The notes: generated by a model from the sequence alone, not told the origin. A stretch of 32,448 nucleotides of DNA from an uncultured archaeon (GCA_964508365.1 CAZDTP010000048.1:1-32448), one strand, 5' to 3'; counted from the stretch's first letter, positions 9,089 through 18,619 are shown. Translations and numbers: made by a program.

Positions 9089-11794
9089 ATGACGTTTAAG
9101 GAGGGGAATAAAATCCAGACGAATGAACTTCATGACGGTTTATTAAAATTACTAAAGGAAGATTTTCCAACAAGGGAAATCATTGATTGTTTGAAAAAAA
9201 AATATAATTTTTATACTCATGGGAGCATTATTGAAGGGTTACCTGAATTTGAAAGGTATATTCACAAAAATTTACCAGAAAAAGATAGCATAGATTATAA
9301 TATGCCAGATTCATTCAGAATCCTAAAATTATTAGCAGAAATGAACGATGTTGCTGCTAAAAGGATGTTAGAGCCTCAAGTAAAAAAAATTTTAGAAAAC
9401 AAGGAGCTCCGCTCAATTATTATGCTATTTAACGACGATTATTTTAAATTTTTGCCTAATGATTATGTGAAAAGATATGTTAGCTCCTTCACCTCAAATC
9501 ATGCTGTAAAAGCAATGATGCAGAAATGTATTAAAAGCGAGGATTACGAAATAAACGAACAAGTTATTCATGATCTACTTTCAATTGATCCTTACCTTAA
9601 TCTATTTCTAATAAGTAGAGGCCCGCTAATTCAATCGTTGCTAATCGACATTTTAACAACTCCAAGTATGAAAATGAAATTTCTATCAATTTTCGAGGAG
9701 AGAATGGATAAAAAAGAGAATTCATCACAACTTTTAGAAGTCATGATAAATTTTTTGAGCAATATCGAAGAGGAAAAACTGATTAGTTTATTGGGCAAGG
9801 AATTGCATCGATTCTATGGGCTAGTTTACAACATCGTTGAATTTGATAAGAAAAAGATGTTTGGGCACTTAGAAATGGAACACATTGTTAAGGGTTCGAT
9901 GTCCAAGTTTATTTCGGAAAAAATCATTGAAGAAATTGAGAAGAATGATTTCGATCGATTTTATTTAACCTACAAATATTTTTTTGAGTGTATCAACAAA
10001 CCTGATCTCATCAAATTTTTTCTTGAAAATGGGATTAAATTCTTTACTTTTATTTTATCAAACCTTACAGAGAATGGATACGAAGCTATAAACGAATCTG
10101 AATTTTTTTTCTCTTTAAAAAGCGATCCTGATGTAATCGATTCTATGCGGCATGTTGTTCAGCAGTTACTTAGAAATTACAAATTTAAAGAAGATAATCC
10201 CATCTTTAATTTAGAAATTTTAGATCTAGTAGACAGTCGAACGCTCCAGGATTTATTAAATAATCCTGAATCTGGTTTCTTTGAATCATTGTTGTATACA
10301 AAGGGAAGGTGGGGTGTGGATTATTATCACAAATTCCTTAACGATAAGAACCTTAGTTTTAAAACGAGAATTTACCAAGTTTTCAAAAGTAACAAAGTAG
10401 AAGATATTTCATTGTTCTGGAAATATTGGGTATGGAACGATCTTAAGATTAGCGAGCTAAAATGGTTATTTGAAAACAAAGATTTGAATTTTTTGGAAAA
10501 AGTGCTAAAAAACGCGTATCATTGTACCGATGACTACTTCTTTGATTTTTATTATGTTATACCAGATAGAGTAAAAACTCATCTCCGTCCTCAACTAAAA
10601 GAGAGCGTACTTCAACTCCTTAATAAAACGGAAATTGATTCTTTTGTACCGTTATTGGCAATGAGACTCTTAGATTGTTTTGACCCAAAAGAATTATTAT
10701 CAATTATTGATGATAACGAAATCAACCTATTAGAAAGAATAGATGAAGCTATTGAAGATCACTACGACAAAATTATGGAGTTAAACGAAGGTTTTTATCG
10801 TTGGAAAATCAATTTTTACAAATTGCTCTCAAAATTCAATGTTCCGATTAGCGATACGATAGATCGGTTGGAAGCTGCTGAAACGTTAGTTTTCCAACTT
10901 TCGCCTCAAGACGAAGAAGTAGAAGATTTTGAGTATAAGATTCAAGCAACATCACATATTGAAGAACATGTGGAAATTGCAGGGAGAAAAATTAAAGTAA
11001 TAAACGGAATTCTAGATTTAAGCGGTTTAAATATATATGCTCTCGAGACCGTAGAGAATCTCTTTGAATTAAAATCTCTAAGGATTTTGAGTCTCAGTAA
11101 CAATTTTCTTACTGAACTGCCGTCTACAATTGGAGATTTGACCTCGTTAGAAAAGATATTAATCGAGAAATGTAAAATAAACGAATTACCGGAATCTATA
11201 GGGGACCTTAAGAGCCTTAAACATCTCAACCTACATAGAAACCAAATTAACCACTTTCCGAAGTCCTTTGGAAACCTTAAAAAAATGGAGCGCTTAGACG
11301 CAAGTTTTAATAACATTTCATACATTCCAGTATCTTTTAAAAAATTAACTTCGTTGAAGGTTTTAAATTTACGCAACAACTCTATTAAAACGATTCCAGA
11401 ATGGATTGGAGAGTTCCAAAACCTCAAGGTTCTTAACTTAATGGTAAATTCCCTATTATCAAATCTTCCGTTAACTATCGGAAAATTAGTTTCGTTAGAA
11501 TTATTAAATCTATCTAGCACTTGGATAAATAAGATACCAAAATCAATTGGTAACTTGAAGGATTTAAAAATCTTACACTTAAGCTATACTCATATCAATG
11601 AAATTCCTGAATCCATTGGAAATTTACAATCATTAGAAGATTTATATCTATCTAGTGATAGGGTTATATCCTTACCAAAAACGATTTTGGAGTGTACTTC
11701 GCTAAGTTATTTAAATGTTGGAAGAAAAACTTTCGAGCATAACGAAGATTTAATACGAACTTTAGAGGAGAATGGAGTTACAGTTTACCATTAA
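9089..11794 (+). CDS. Leucine-rich repeat protein with a long helical N-terminal region
   Basis: About 10 tandem ~23-aa LRRs (LxxLxxLxLxxNxLxxLPxxIGx) in the last ~250 aa. The N-terminal ~600 aa are Leu/Phe-rich and predicted helical. Confidence 0.9.
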   Translation: MTFKEGNKIQTNELHDGLLKLLKEDFPTREIIDCLKKKYNFYTHGSIIEGLPEFERYIHKNLPEKDSIDYNMPDSFRILKLLAEMNDVAAKRMLEPQVKKILENKELRSIIMLFNDDYFKFLPNDYVKRYVSSFTSNHAVKAMMQKCIKSEDYEINEQVIHDLLSIDPYLNLFLISRGPLIQSLLIDILTTPSMKMKFLSIFEERMDKKENSSQLLEVMINFLSNIEEEKLISLLGKELHRFYGLVYNIVEFDKKKMFGHLEMEHIVKGSMSKFISEKIIEEIEKNDFDRFYLTYKYFFECINKPDLIKFFLENGIKFFTFILSNLTENGYEAINESEFFFSLKSDPDVIDSMRHVVQQLLRNYKFKEDNPIFNLEILDLVDSRTLQDLLNNPESGFFESLLYTKGRWGVDYYHKFLNDKNLSFKTRIYQVFKSNKVEDISLFWKYWVWNDLKISELKWLFENKDLNFLEKVLKNAYHCTDDYFFDFYYVIPDRVKTHLRPQLKESVLQLLNKTEIDSFVPLLAMRLLDCFDPKELLSIIDDNEINLLERIDEAIEDHYDKIMELNEGFYRWKINFYKLLSKFNVPISDTIDRLEAAETLVFQLSPQDEEVEDFEYKIQATSHIEEHVEIAGRKIKVINGILDLSGLNIYALETVENLFELKSLRILSLSNNFLTELPSTIGDLTSLEKILIEKCKINELPESIGDLKSLKHLNLHRNQINHFPKSFGNLKKMERLDASFNNISYIPVSFKKLTSLKVLNLRNNSIKTIPEWIGEFQNLKVLNLMVNSLLSNLPLTIGKLVSLELLNLSSTWINKIPKSIGNLKDLKILHLSYTHINEIPESIGNLQSLEDLYLSSDRVISLPKTILECTSLSYLNVGRKTFEHNEDLIRTLEENGVTVYH

Positions 11795-11972
11795 AAATAT
11801 TTTAGAAGACGGTTAGTTTAAAATAAATACTCTAATAATCAGATTCTTATAGTATCATTTCGAATATTAACCAACATTCATCTAGATATCAAGTAGAAAT
11901 ATTTAAAACAGTCAAAAACCTAGTTAATAAAAGAACAAAGATCAATAATAAAAAAAGTACGGTGTGATAAGT

Positions 11973-13820
11973 ATGTCACGTCGAATTCTAAACCAATGGG
12001 AAAACCCAAGTCATTCGGATCCATCTAAAACCTATAAAGTTACCTTATATGAGGATGGATCATATGCTTGTTCGTGTCCACAATGGATTTACCGTAGAAA
12101 AGAATGTAAGCATATACAAGAATGTAAGGTAAACCTCCCCGATCTAGGGGAATTGTCCGATGTAAACAAGACTCGAATAGACACGGGATTGATAAACCAA
12201 CCGGCTTCAGTCACAAGTGTATCAAATAAGCAGATGGACAGGTTTCCTAAAAAAGAAGATGTAATAGAAGAAATTAATTTCTACGATAGAAGACTTATGA
12301 CAGAAACTCTTAGATTGGTGATTTCCACCCTTGAACGAGATGACTGGGAGGTAAAAACGACATCACTATTTTTTGGAATGGGAGGTTTTTTGGTTATGAA
12401 AGGACCGGTGGGATATAACATAAATTTAAATTTTCACATCCCACAAGAATCGGACAAATCATGGGGGTATTCTACAGAGGAGCATGGGCTTCCCATTGAA
12501 GAATTGAAAAATATTCTTCTGAACGCATTAAAACATGAAGATTATGACATTTCGTTTGTAGGTTTAACTCCAGAACCTTACGATCCCCGATATAGTCCTT
12601 CAATTAAACTAGTCTTCACTAAAGGGACCGTGACCATACCATTTGAACTCAACATCTACGAGGAGGGCACATTATTCTCTCGGGATATGGGCATTATGAC
12701 TAAAGATTTAAAACCTGTTAAGGAAATCATTAAAAGCATGATTGCTCAGGCAGAAAAAGATAAGGAAAAGGAGCGAAAGCATAAAAGGGATTTAAAAATC
12801 TTAGAAGTTCCGGAGCTTACTGATGATATGAAATCGAAAATGGTCCAAATGAAGGCGAGTAGCTATAGCAATGAAATGGTAACTATATCCGAATACGACA
12901 AACGAATAATAGAATATTTAAATGTTCTCATTAACGACCAACTGAGCAAAGCAGTCACCTTTAAGATTAGTGGTCGTAAGACCTTTGAATTAGAAGGCGA
13001 TAAAGTGGTTGGACTACGGCTTGATTGGGAGCAATTAGGCATGTTTCCTGAAATAATTCTTAACTTTGAACATCTTAAACGATTAGATTTATCTCGTAAT
13101 GGGCTTACGCAGATTCCATTGTCTATTGAACGACTCACAGAGTTAGAATATTTAGATGTGAGTAGGAATAAACTTGCTAACTTACCTGAAAGTCTCGGAA
13201 ACTTAACTCATCTTAATTCGCTGATAATTAGCGAAAACGAGCTAAGCACTCTTCCTCCGAATTTTCAAAATCTTCAAATTCTCCAACATTTGGATTTCAA
13301 TCGTAACAATTTTAATACCATATCTCCACTCATTTATTCCCTTAAGTCTTTAGAAAAGCTTTATATGGTCGAAAATGATATTTTGGAACTACCACTTCAA
13401 ATTACTAAAATGAAATCCTTGAAAGAATTCAGCTTTGGAAGTTGTAATATGACGAACATTCCCTATACCATCTCACTTATCCCTCACTTAGAGCAAATGG
13501 TTATCGTATGTCACGATTCTAAACATCTGCCTTATAATATTGATCAGTTAAAATCGCTTACATGGTTAAATTTGTATGTAGATATTTTCTCTGTTCTTCC
13601 ACCGGCGTTTGGGCGGATACCTAAATTGGAAACATTAAGTATCGAATCAAAAAAAGGCGCACATCTTCCACACGAGCTTACACACCTACCCTCCCTACGA
13701 ATGATGTACTTAGAAGGTGAAATAGCAAATGTATTGATTCACGGATTTAAGAGGGACAGAACTACATTAGAAGTTATTAGGGAGCTGGAGCGGAAAAATG
13801 TAGGATTATACATTCCATAA
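11973..13820 (+). CDS. SWIM zinc finger + leucine-rich repeat protein
   Basis: YKVTLYEDGSYACSCPQWIYRRKECKHI is a SWIM finger (CxC...CxH), with about 10 C-terminal LRRs. The ATG at 11973 follows GGTGTGA. Confidence 0.88.
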   Translation: MSRRILNQWENPSHSDPSKTYKVTLYEDGSYACSCPQWIYRRKECKHIQECKVNLPDLGELSDVNKTRIDTGLINQPASVTSVSNKQMDRFPKKEDVIEEINFYDRRLMTETLRLVISTLERDDWEVKTTSLFFGMGGFLVMKGPVGYNINLNFHIPQESDKSWGYSTEEHGLPIEELKNILLNALKHEDYDISFVGLTPEPYDPRYSPSIKLVFTKGTVTIPFELNIYEEGTLFSRDMGIMTKDLKPVKEIIKSMIAQAEKDKEKERKHKRDLKILEVPELTDDMKSKMVQMKASSYSNEMVTISEYDKRIIEYLNVLINDQLSKAVTFKISGRKTFELEGDKVVGLRLDWEQLGMFPEIILNFEHLKRLDLSRNGLTQIPLSIERLTELEYLDVSRNKLANLPESLGNLTHLNSLIISENELSTLPPNFQNLQILQHLDFNRNNFNTISPLIYSLKSLEKLYMVENDILELPLQITKMKSLKEFSFGSCNMTNIPYTISLIPHLEQMVIVCHDSKHLPYNIDQLKSLTWLNLYVDIFSVLPPAFGRIPKLETLSIESKKGAHLPHELTHLPSLRMMYLEGEIANVLIHGFKRDRTTLEVIRELERKNVGLYIP

Positions 13821-13866
13821 ATTAAGGAATGCTGATCCTAAGAAATTATCATAATTTTTTCTACAT

Positions 13867-13914
13867 AAATTTTTATAAATACTATTTTCTTTTGGTAATA
13901 TGACCGACAAAAAT
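13867..13914 (+). repeat. 48-bp direct repeat, copy 2
   Basis: AAATTTTTATAAATACTATTTTCTTTTGGTAATATGACCGACAAAAAT; 44/48 identical to 8911..8958. Confidence 0.85.
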
Positions 13915-14149
13915 AGTGTATTTTGCGATCGGTTTTTCGGATAAACGCAAGGTTCCTGTCAATATAAGGCAATTACTCACTTTCCTCTGGTTTACGAACC
14001 TTACTTAATATAATTTTTAGCTTAGCGGTTAAAAATACCGTTAAGTTTGGGAGAAGTGAAGTTGAAGATTATTGGCAGGAATCACCTTTTTGAGTATTGA
14101 GTGAATTTAAGAAATCATTTTAACTCCATTTTGATTATATACCGTTGTT

Positions 14150-14575
14150 TTAGAAATCTAACAATTTTAATATTTCAATGCATCTTTTTTTTGAAACTAA
14201 ATATTGAATCTTCTGGTCAATTTCAGAAATCGATTGACTTTTAAGTTTATACAAGATATTTTTTTCTTGCAAAGATAACTTTCCTGTATCGTATAAGACA
14301 AACTTTTCTAAAGCCTCGCCAGACTTATTAGATTTTCTTCTTAAATTATCTGCATTCCTTAAATCAAACCGATAAGTATATAAAACCCCGTTACCGAATT
14401 GTTTCTTGTATAAAATAGTATTTCCAAAATTATCCTTAACCAATTTTACTCCTTCCTCTAAAGATTCATATCTATATTTATTGTACATAGCGCAATTCCT
14501 ACATTTGATAATAAATTCTATATCTCCAGTCTGGTTTAAAGGTGTATTACATTGTTGACATACTAACATTGGCAT
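14150..14575 (-). CDS. Zinc-ribbon-containing hypothetical protein
   Basis: MPMLVCQQCNTPL...IKCRNCAMYN has two CxxC pairs. The ATG at 14575 is preceded by AAGGG; the track ORF starts at 14614. Confidence 0.65.
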   Translation of the reverse strand: MPMLVCQQCNTPLNQTGDIEFIIKCRNCAMYNKYRYESLEEGVKLVKDNFGNTILYKKQFGNGVLYTYRFDLRNADNLRRKSNKSGEALEKFVLYDTGKLSLQEKNILYKLKSQSISEIDQKIQYLVSKKRCIEILKLLDF

Positions 14576-14770
14576 CCCTTTTGTGAATGATTTATTCACA
14601 TAAATTTTCAACAAGTAATAATATAAACCCTTAGAATTTAAATTTTTGATAAGCGTATATTAACAGATTAATAATAGCAATTATTACTAAGAAAAAGAAG
14701 AGGATCTCAATATAGTCGAAGTAATTGACTTATATAAATTTATGGAATAAGAAATTAGTTTGTAGATTAA

Positions 14771-15454
14771 GTGATTGGTATGGAAAGAGAATACATCTCA
14801 ATAGAAGATATTTTAGCATCAGCTCAAAACTCTAATAAAGATTTTTCTATCAAAGGAAGATTTCTTATCACAGATGTGTTAAAAAAAACTTCTAAAATTG
14901 GAAAACCATATTATAATATAAAACTAAAAGACACAACGGGAAAGCTGAACGCTAAACGATTCACGAGTGGTGAATCTGAATTTAAATTTTTAAATACGAT
15001 ATATTTGGTAGGAAATATTGTTGAATTTCAAGGGATTTATCAAAATGAATGGAATTCTCTGAATATCAATACTGAGGAACTAATCTTAAGGGTTATGGAA
15101 GAATTTCCTCAAAGAATTCAAAAAGATAATGTAGATTATTTTCTCCAAGAAAATCTTGCTTTAATAAACAATAAACTCGGTGAATTAATTAAAATTAATA
15201 AATTTGGGACTCAGATTCACATTAAATCATATATAAACGATGTGATTAAGTCTGGTTTTGCCAATCCAAGTAACAGAAGGATAAAATTACTTAAAAAATC
15301 TTATGAACAACATACAGAAGGCTGGTCTGAAGATAAACGAGAAAAATTTTACAACGATTATACCAGAACAATTAGACATTATGAAGCAATGAGACCTTCA
15401 AAATGGAAAAGGTGGGGTTCTCGTTTATTTAAACTAATTTCTCTTATAAGATAA
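14771..15454 (+). CDS. OB-fold nucleic-acid-binding protein (YhaM N-terminal-like), paralog 1
   Basis: FLITDVLKKTSKIGKPYYNIKLKDTTGKLNAKRF resembles the YhaM/Cbf1 OB domain. There is no HD domain. The helical C-terminus is shared with 17996..18619. Confidence 0.7.
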   Translation: MIGMEREYISIEDILASAQNSNKDFSIKGRFLITDVLKKTSKIGKPYYNIKLKDTTGKLNAKRFTSGESEFKFLNTIYLVGNIVEFQGIYQNEWNSLNINTEELILRVMEEFPQRIQKDNVDYFLQENLALINNKLGELIKINKFGTQIHIKSYINDVIKSGFANPSNRRIKLLKKSYEQHTEGWSEDKREKFYNDYTRTIRHYEAMRPSKWKRWGSRLFKLISLIR

Positions 15455-15494
15455 TATTAGAGCATAGAAGATAAGATTTGACCAAAGAATTAGT

Positions 15495-16190
15495 TTATTG
15501 AATAAGAGGAACTATCCTCAGCAACTCTTTTAATTTAAATTCCAAATAAACCACTCCAAATATAGATTCGACTAAAGTACCTTTTACATGTTCAACTGTC
15601 TCTTTTTTCATTTTCTCGTCTGGAATAATTTGCAAACGATGCAATCGAGAAGAATATAAACCCCACTCATCACAATAAATTGCCAAGTTCTCATTCGATG
15701 CTAATTTTTTTCTTTTTTCTGTTAATTCTCCTGTTTTTGAAAGCGAAGAATCCCACAATGTTTGGACTATAGCTAAATCGAGCGCAGCATCTCCAATTAG
15801 AGCAAGTACTACTGCAGCATCTCCAGAACTTGCCAATTCCATTAATTCTTCTTCGCTCAAGGGGCGATTTGGATCATCTTTGAAATGAGCATTAAGGTTT
15901 TCAAAGATGGTACGAATACTTGGTCGGGTTAAGGCAAGCATAATCATTTCAGGTGTCTGGAACTTCAAATGGAATAATTTTTCTAGCTTTAGAATGATAA
16001 TCTTTTCGATTTTTTCCATTTGTTCTAACATATGATTAAGCTCCCTCAAGTATCCAGAGAGAGGAGCAGTCCTCTCCTTTTGATGAGCTGGTAAGCTTTC
16101 TTTCTCCTGTTTCTCTCGTTCAATGTAATTTTTTAATAGTTTGGTTTTCTTAACTAATCCTACTGCATTCCACTTGAGTTTATCTTGCAT
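15495..16190 (-). CDS. RNase III catalytic-domain protein without dsRBD (Mini-III-like)
   Basis: LEKLFHLKF...LALTRPS, LALIGDAALDL, ASNENLA and GTLVESIFGVVYLE. The start MQDKL (16190) is preferred; the track ORF extends to 16349. Confidence 0.85.
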   Translation of the reverse strand: MQDKLKWNAVGLVKKTKLLKNYIEREKQEKESLPAHQKERTAPLSGYLRELNHMLEQMEKIEKIIILKLEKLFHLKFQTPEMIMLALTRPSIRTIFENLNAHFKDDPNRPLSEEELMELASSGDAAVVLALIGDAALDLAIVQTLWDSSLSKTGELTEKRKKLASNENLAIYCDEWGLYSSRLHRLQIIPDEKMKKETVEHVKGTLVESIFGVVYLEFKLKELLRIVPLIQ

Positions 16191-16448
16191 TTTTATCAAT
16201 CTACAATTAGAATTCCTATAGGTAGATATAACCATTCTCGTTTTTAAATAAATGTAAAATAGCTGAAAAAGGATATTTCCTATAATTTTTTTTTTTGCGA
16301 CTGGATATTCTTGTAATTCTTGTTTTAAAGATCCTGTAGTTCCCACCATCTCGGAATTAATGGTAGCTCCGAATATTTCTCGAGCTTGCGTTTCGTTGTT
16401 CGTATCATTGTCAAATAATATAGACTAACAAATTCGATCTTAAAGGAG

Positions 16449-17642
16449 TTATTCTCTAAATTTTCTTGAGAATATATCTTTCAGAAGATCTGTAAGTTTA
16501 TATAAAACTATATCTAGCAATGTAATTTCGATCTGTCTTCCTCTTTCTGCTTCTTCAATTCTAACAGTTTTAGATGCGATTATTTTTAGTTGGTTAAGTG
16601 TTCGGATGTATTTTTGAAAGCTCATTTTAACATGAGGTGTAATTGAGTATGTTTTACAGATTATCTGATACTCTTCAAAAGCATCATCTACAAGTATATA
16701 TGGTTCTTGTTTCTTCTGTAACGCCAGAGAGATTCCAAATAATGTAAATAGCTCGTGATCGTTTAATTGATCTACGATCTCTCCTCTAAAAGTTGGATAA
16801 ACTTCATTAGATGCAGCTCTGATAATATCGGCATTTATACTATCTAAACTTTCCCTATCGGCATACATACCGCTTTTTCTTAGGACCTCTATTCCGTGTC
16901 GAATATTTTCGTGATCTGTAGCTATTTGACTAATCATACTTAATATATCGTCATCAACAACATTTTCTTTAAACGCAAGGTCACTTCTATATTCTAAGAT
17001 TTTTCTCGTTTCTTCGAAATTATAAGGTTTGAGTTTAATTTTCTCGTTTAACCTACTTAAAATCCGTTCCGTTTCAATTGTAATCCACTCTTTATTTCTG
17101 GAAATTAATATTATCGAAAGTTTCGTGTTTTGTTGTCCAAAGGTTTCAGCAATATCTAAGAATGCTAATATTTCGTCAGATCTTAATAAGTGGACTTCAT
17201 CGATTATTAGCAACATATAACCTTTTTCTCGGATTAATTGCTTTAAAATAAGCTTGAGTGCTTCGTCATCCGAGAAGCCTCTACCACCACCATGAGTGTA
17301 TTTTGCTAGTAATTCTCGTATTATAGCTCCTTTATTTCGGAAAATTATGCAGTTATAATATTCAATAAAAATTTCTGTATCATTTTCTAAAGCTACTGTT
17401 TTAAAGTTTCTACCAAAATATCTTGCAGTACATGTTTTACCAAGTCCTCCCTTCCCCAAAATTAAACAATTTACTGATGGTTGCTCTTTTTCTTCAAGTA
17501 TCCGCCTAAAATTAAAGATAAGGTTTTTAATTGCTTCATCGCGACATAATACTTTTTCGGGAACAAAGCTAATATCCAGTGAACTTGCCAGTCTAAATAC
17601 TGAATTTGCCTTTAATATTTTTCTAAAATCATCCTCGTCCAT
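16449..17642 (-). CDS. cdc6: Orc1/Cdc6 family replication initiator
   Basis: FVPEKVLCRD, Walker A GKGGLGKT, Walker B LLIIDEVH, R-finger region RILSRL, and a C-terminal winged helix. Confidence 0.95.
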   Translation of the reverse strand: MDEDDFRKILKANSVFRLASSLDISFVPEKVLCRDEAIKNLIFNFRRILEEKEQPSVNCLILGKGGLGKTCTARYFGRNFKTVALENDTEIFIEYYNCIIFRNKGAIIRELLAKYTHGGGRGFSDDEALKLILKQLIREKGYMLLIIDEVHLLRSDEILAFLDIAETFGQQNTKLSIILISRNKEWITIETERILSRLNEKIKLKPYNFEETRKILEYRSDLAFKENVVDDDILSMISQIATDHENIRHGIEVLRKSGMYADRESLDSINADIIRAASNEVYPTFRGEIVDQLNDHELFTLFGISLALQKKQEPYILVDDAFEEYQIICKTYSITPHVKMSFQKYIRTLNQLKIIASKTVRIEEAERGRQIEITLLDIVLYKLTDLLKDIFSRKFRE

Positions 17643-17995
17643 AGCTACTCGATAATTTTTGATTTCTTAATATTTAATACTATTGAAAATATCGCAATTA
17701 AGTTTTGTTGAAAAACTTGAAATTATATTAGTAAATTTGCACTCTCTCCCTGGTCTCGTTTTTATGTTAGAGCTGATGTTTATTATCAGAAGAGGAGGTT
17801 TTATACTTTTTCAAAAAAAATGAGAAAAAGAATAACGTGAAAAACATTAAATCTTTTAGCTTGCTATTAGATGAGGTATATCGGTATAATATTTTATAAT
17901 TTTTAAGAAGGTGTGGATAAAAAATCCACGAAGCATATACAAGAATGTATTGAATTAAGAATTGGATAATTATCTATAATATGGAGAAGGAATAA

Positions 17996-18619
17996 ATGTC
18001 AGTGAAAGATTTTACTAGATCAACTCGGGATTTTTCAATTAATAGAAGATTTTTAATCATAAATGTAGTAAAAAAAATGGCAAGTAATGGAACTAAGTAT
18101 TATTTTCTTACCTTGAAAGACAATACGGGAAAATTGAATGCTAAGCGATTTACAAGTGGTGAGATAGAGTTTAGATCTTTAAATATTATATATTTAATTG
18201 GAAATTTTATCGAAATTGAGGGAATTTATCAATATAAATGGCAATCTATGAAAATTTTTACTGAAAAACTAATTGAGAGTGTTACAAAAACTCCGTCCGC
18301 TGAAGTTCAAATTGAACCTAAGGAGAATATCCTAATAGTATTAGCTCAATTAAAAGAGTTAATTAAAATAGGAACATATATTCAGCTTAAATCATACATT
18401 AATGATGTAATCGCATCATTTTTTCCAAATTTTAGCAACAGAAAGAAAAAACAACTGAATAAATCTTTTAAAAATGAAATAGAAAGCTGGCCTATAGAAA
18501 ATCAAGGAGATTTCTATATTGAATTCACCAAAACTTTGGAACGATACGAGAAAATGCAACCATCTAAATGGAAAAAATTGGGTTCTAATCTCCTTAAATT
18601 ATTATCTGTTATAAGATAG
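17996..18619 (+). CDS. OB-fold nucleic-acid-binding protein (YhaM N-terminal-like), paralog 2
   Basis: FLIINVVKKMASNGTKYYFLTLKDNTGKLNAKRFTSGE and C-terminal MQPSKWKKLGSNLLKLLSVIR; a clear paralog of 14771..15454. Confidence 0.7.
   Translation: MSVKDFTRSTRDFSINRRFLIINVVKKMASNGTKYYFLTLKDNTGKLNAKRFTSGEIEFRSLNIIYLIGNFIEIEGIYQYKWQSMKIFTEKLIESVTKTPSAEVQIEPKENILIVLAQLKELIKIGTYIQLKSYINDVIASFFPNFSNRKKKQLNKSFKNEIESWPIENQGDFYIEFTKTLERYEKMQPSKWKKLGSNLLKLLSVIR

Noticed and set aside
10942-11520. 192-aa antisense ORF, and similar shadow ORFs (1439, 2278, 2910, 12863, 17029, 19112, 20932, 21308, 21650, 22378, 24267, 25244, 25992, 28128-31661)
   Set aside because: They overlap well-supported genes on the opposite strand or in another frame, or lack motifs. 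They are expected by-products of codon bias and repeats.
9089-13820. NLR/STAND or Roco GTPase identity for the LRR proteins
   Set aside because: No Walker A/B or Roc G-motifs are visible in either protein.
16191-16349. N-terminal 53-aa extension of the RNase III ORF
   Set aside because: It includes a poly-A run and low-complexity hydrophobic/AT-rich text typical of intergenic DNA. MQDKL is the more plausible start, though a decayed upstream gene fragment is possible.
17643-17995. Replication origin with ORB boxes upstream of cdc6
   Set aside because: No convincing TCCA..GAAAC/G-string ORB repeats. I see only a CTCTCTCCCTGG tract and a short CTGAT/ATCAG inverted repeat, which is not enough.
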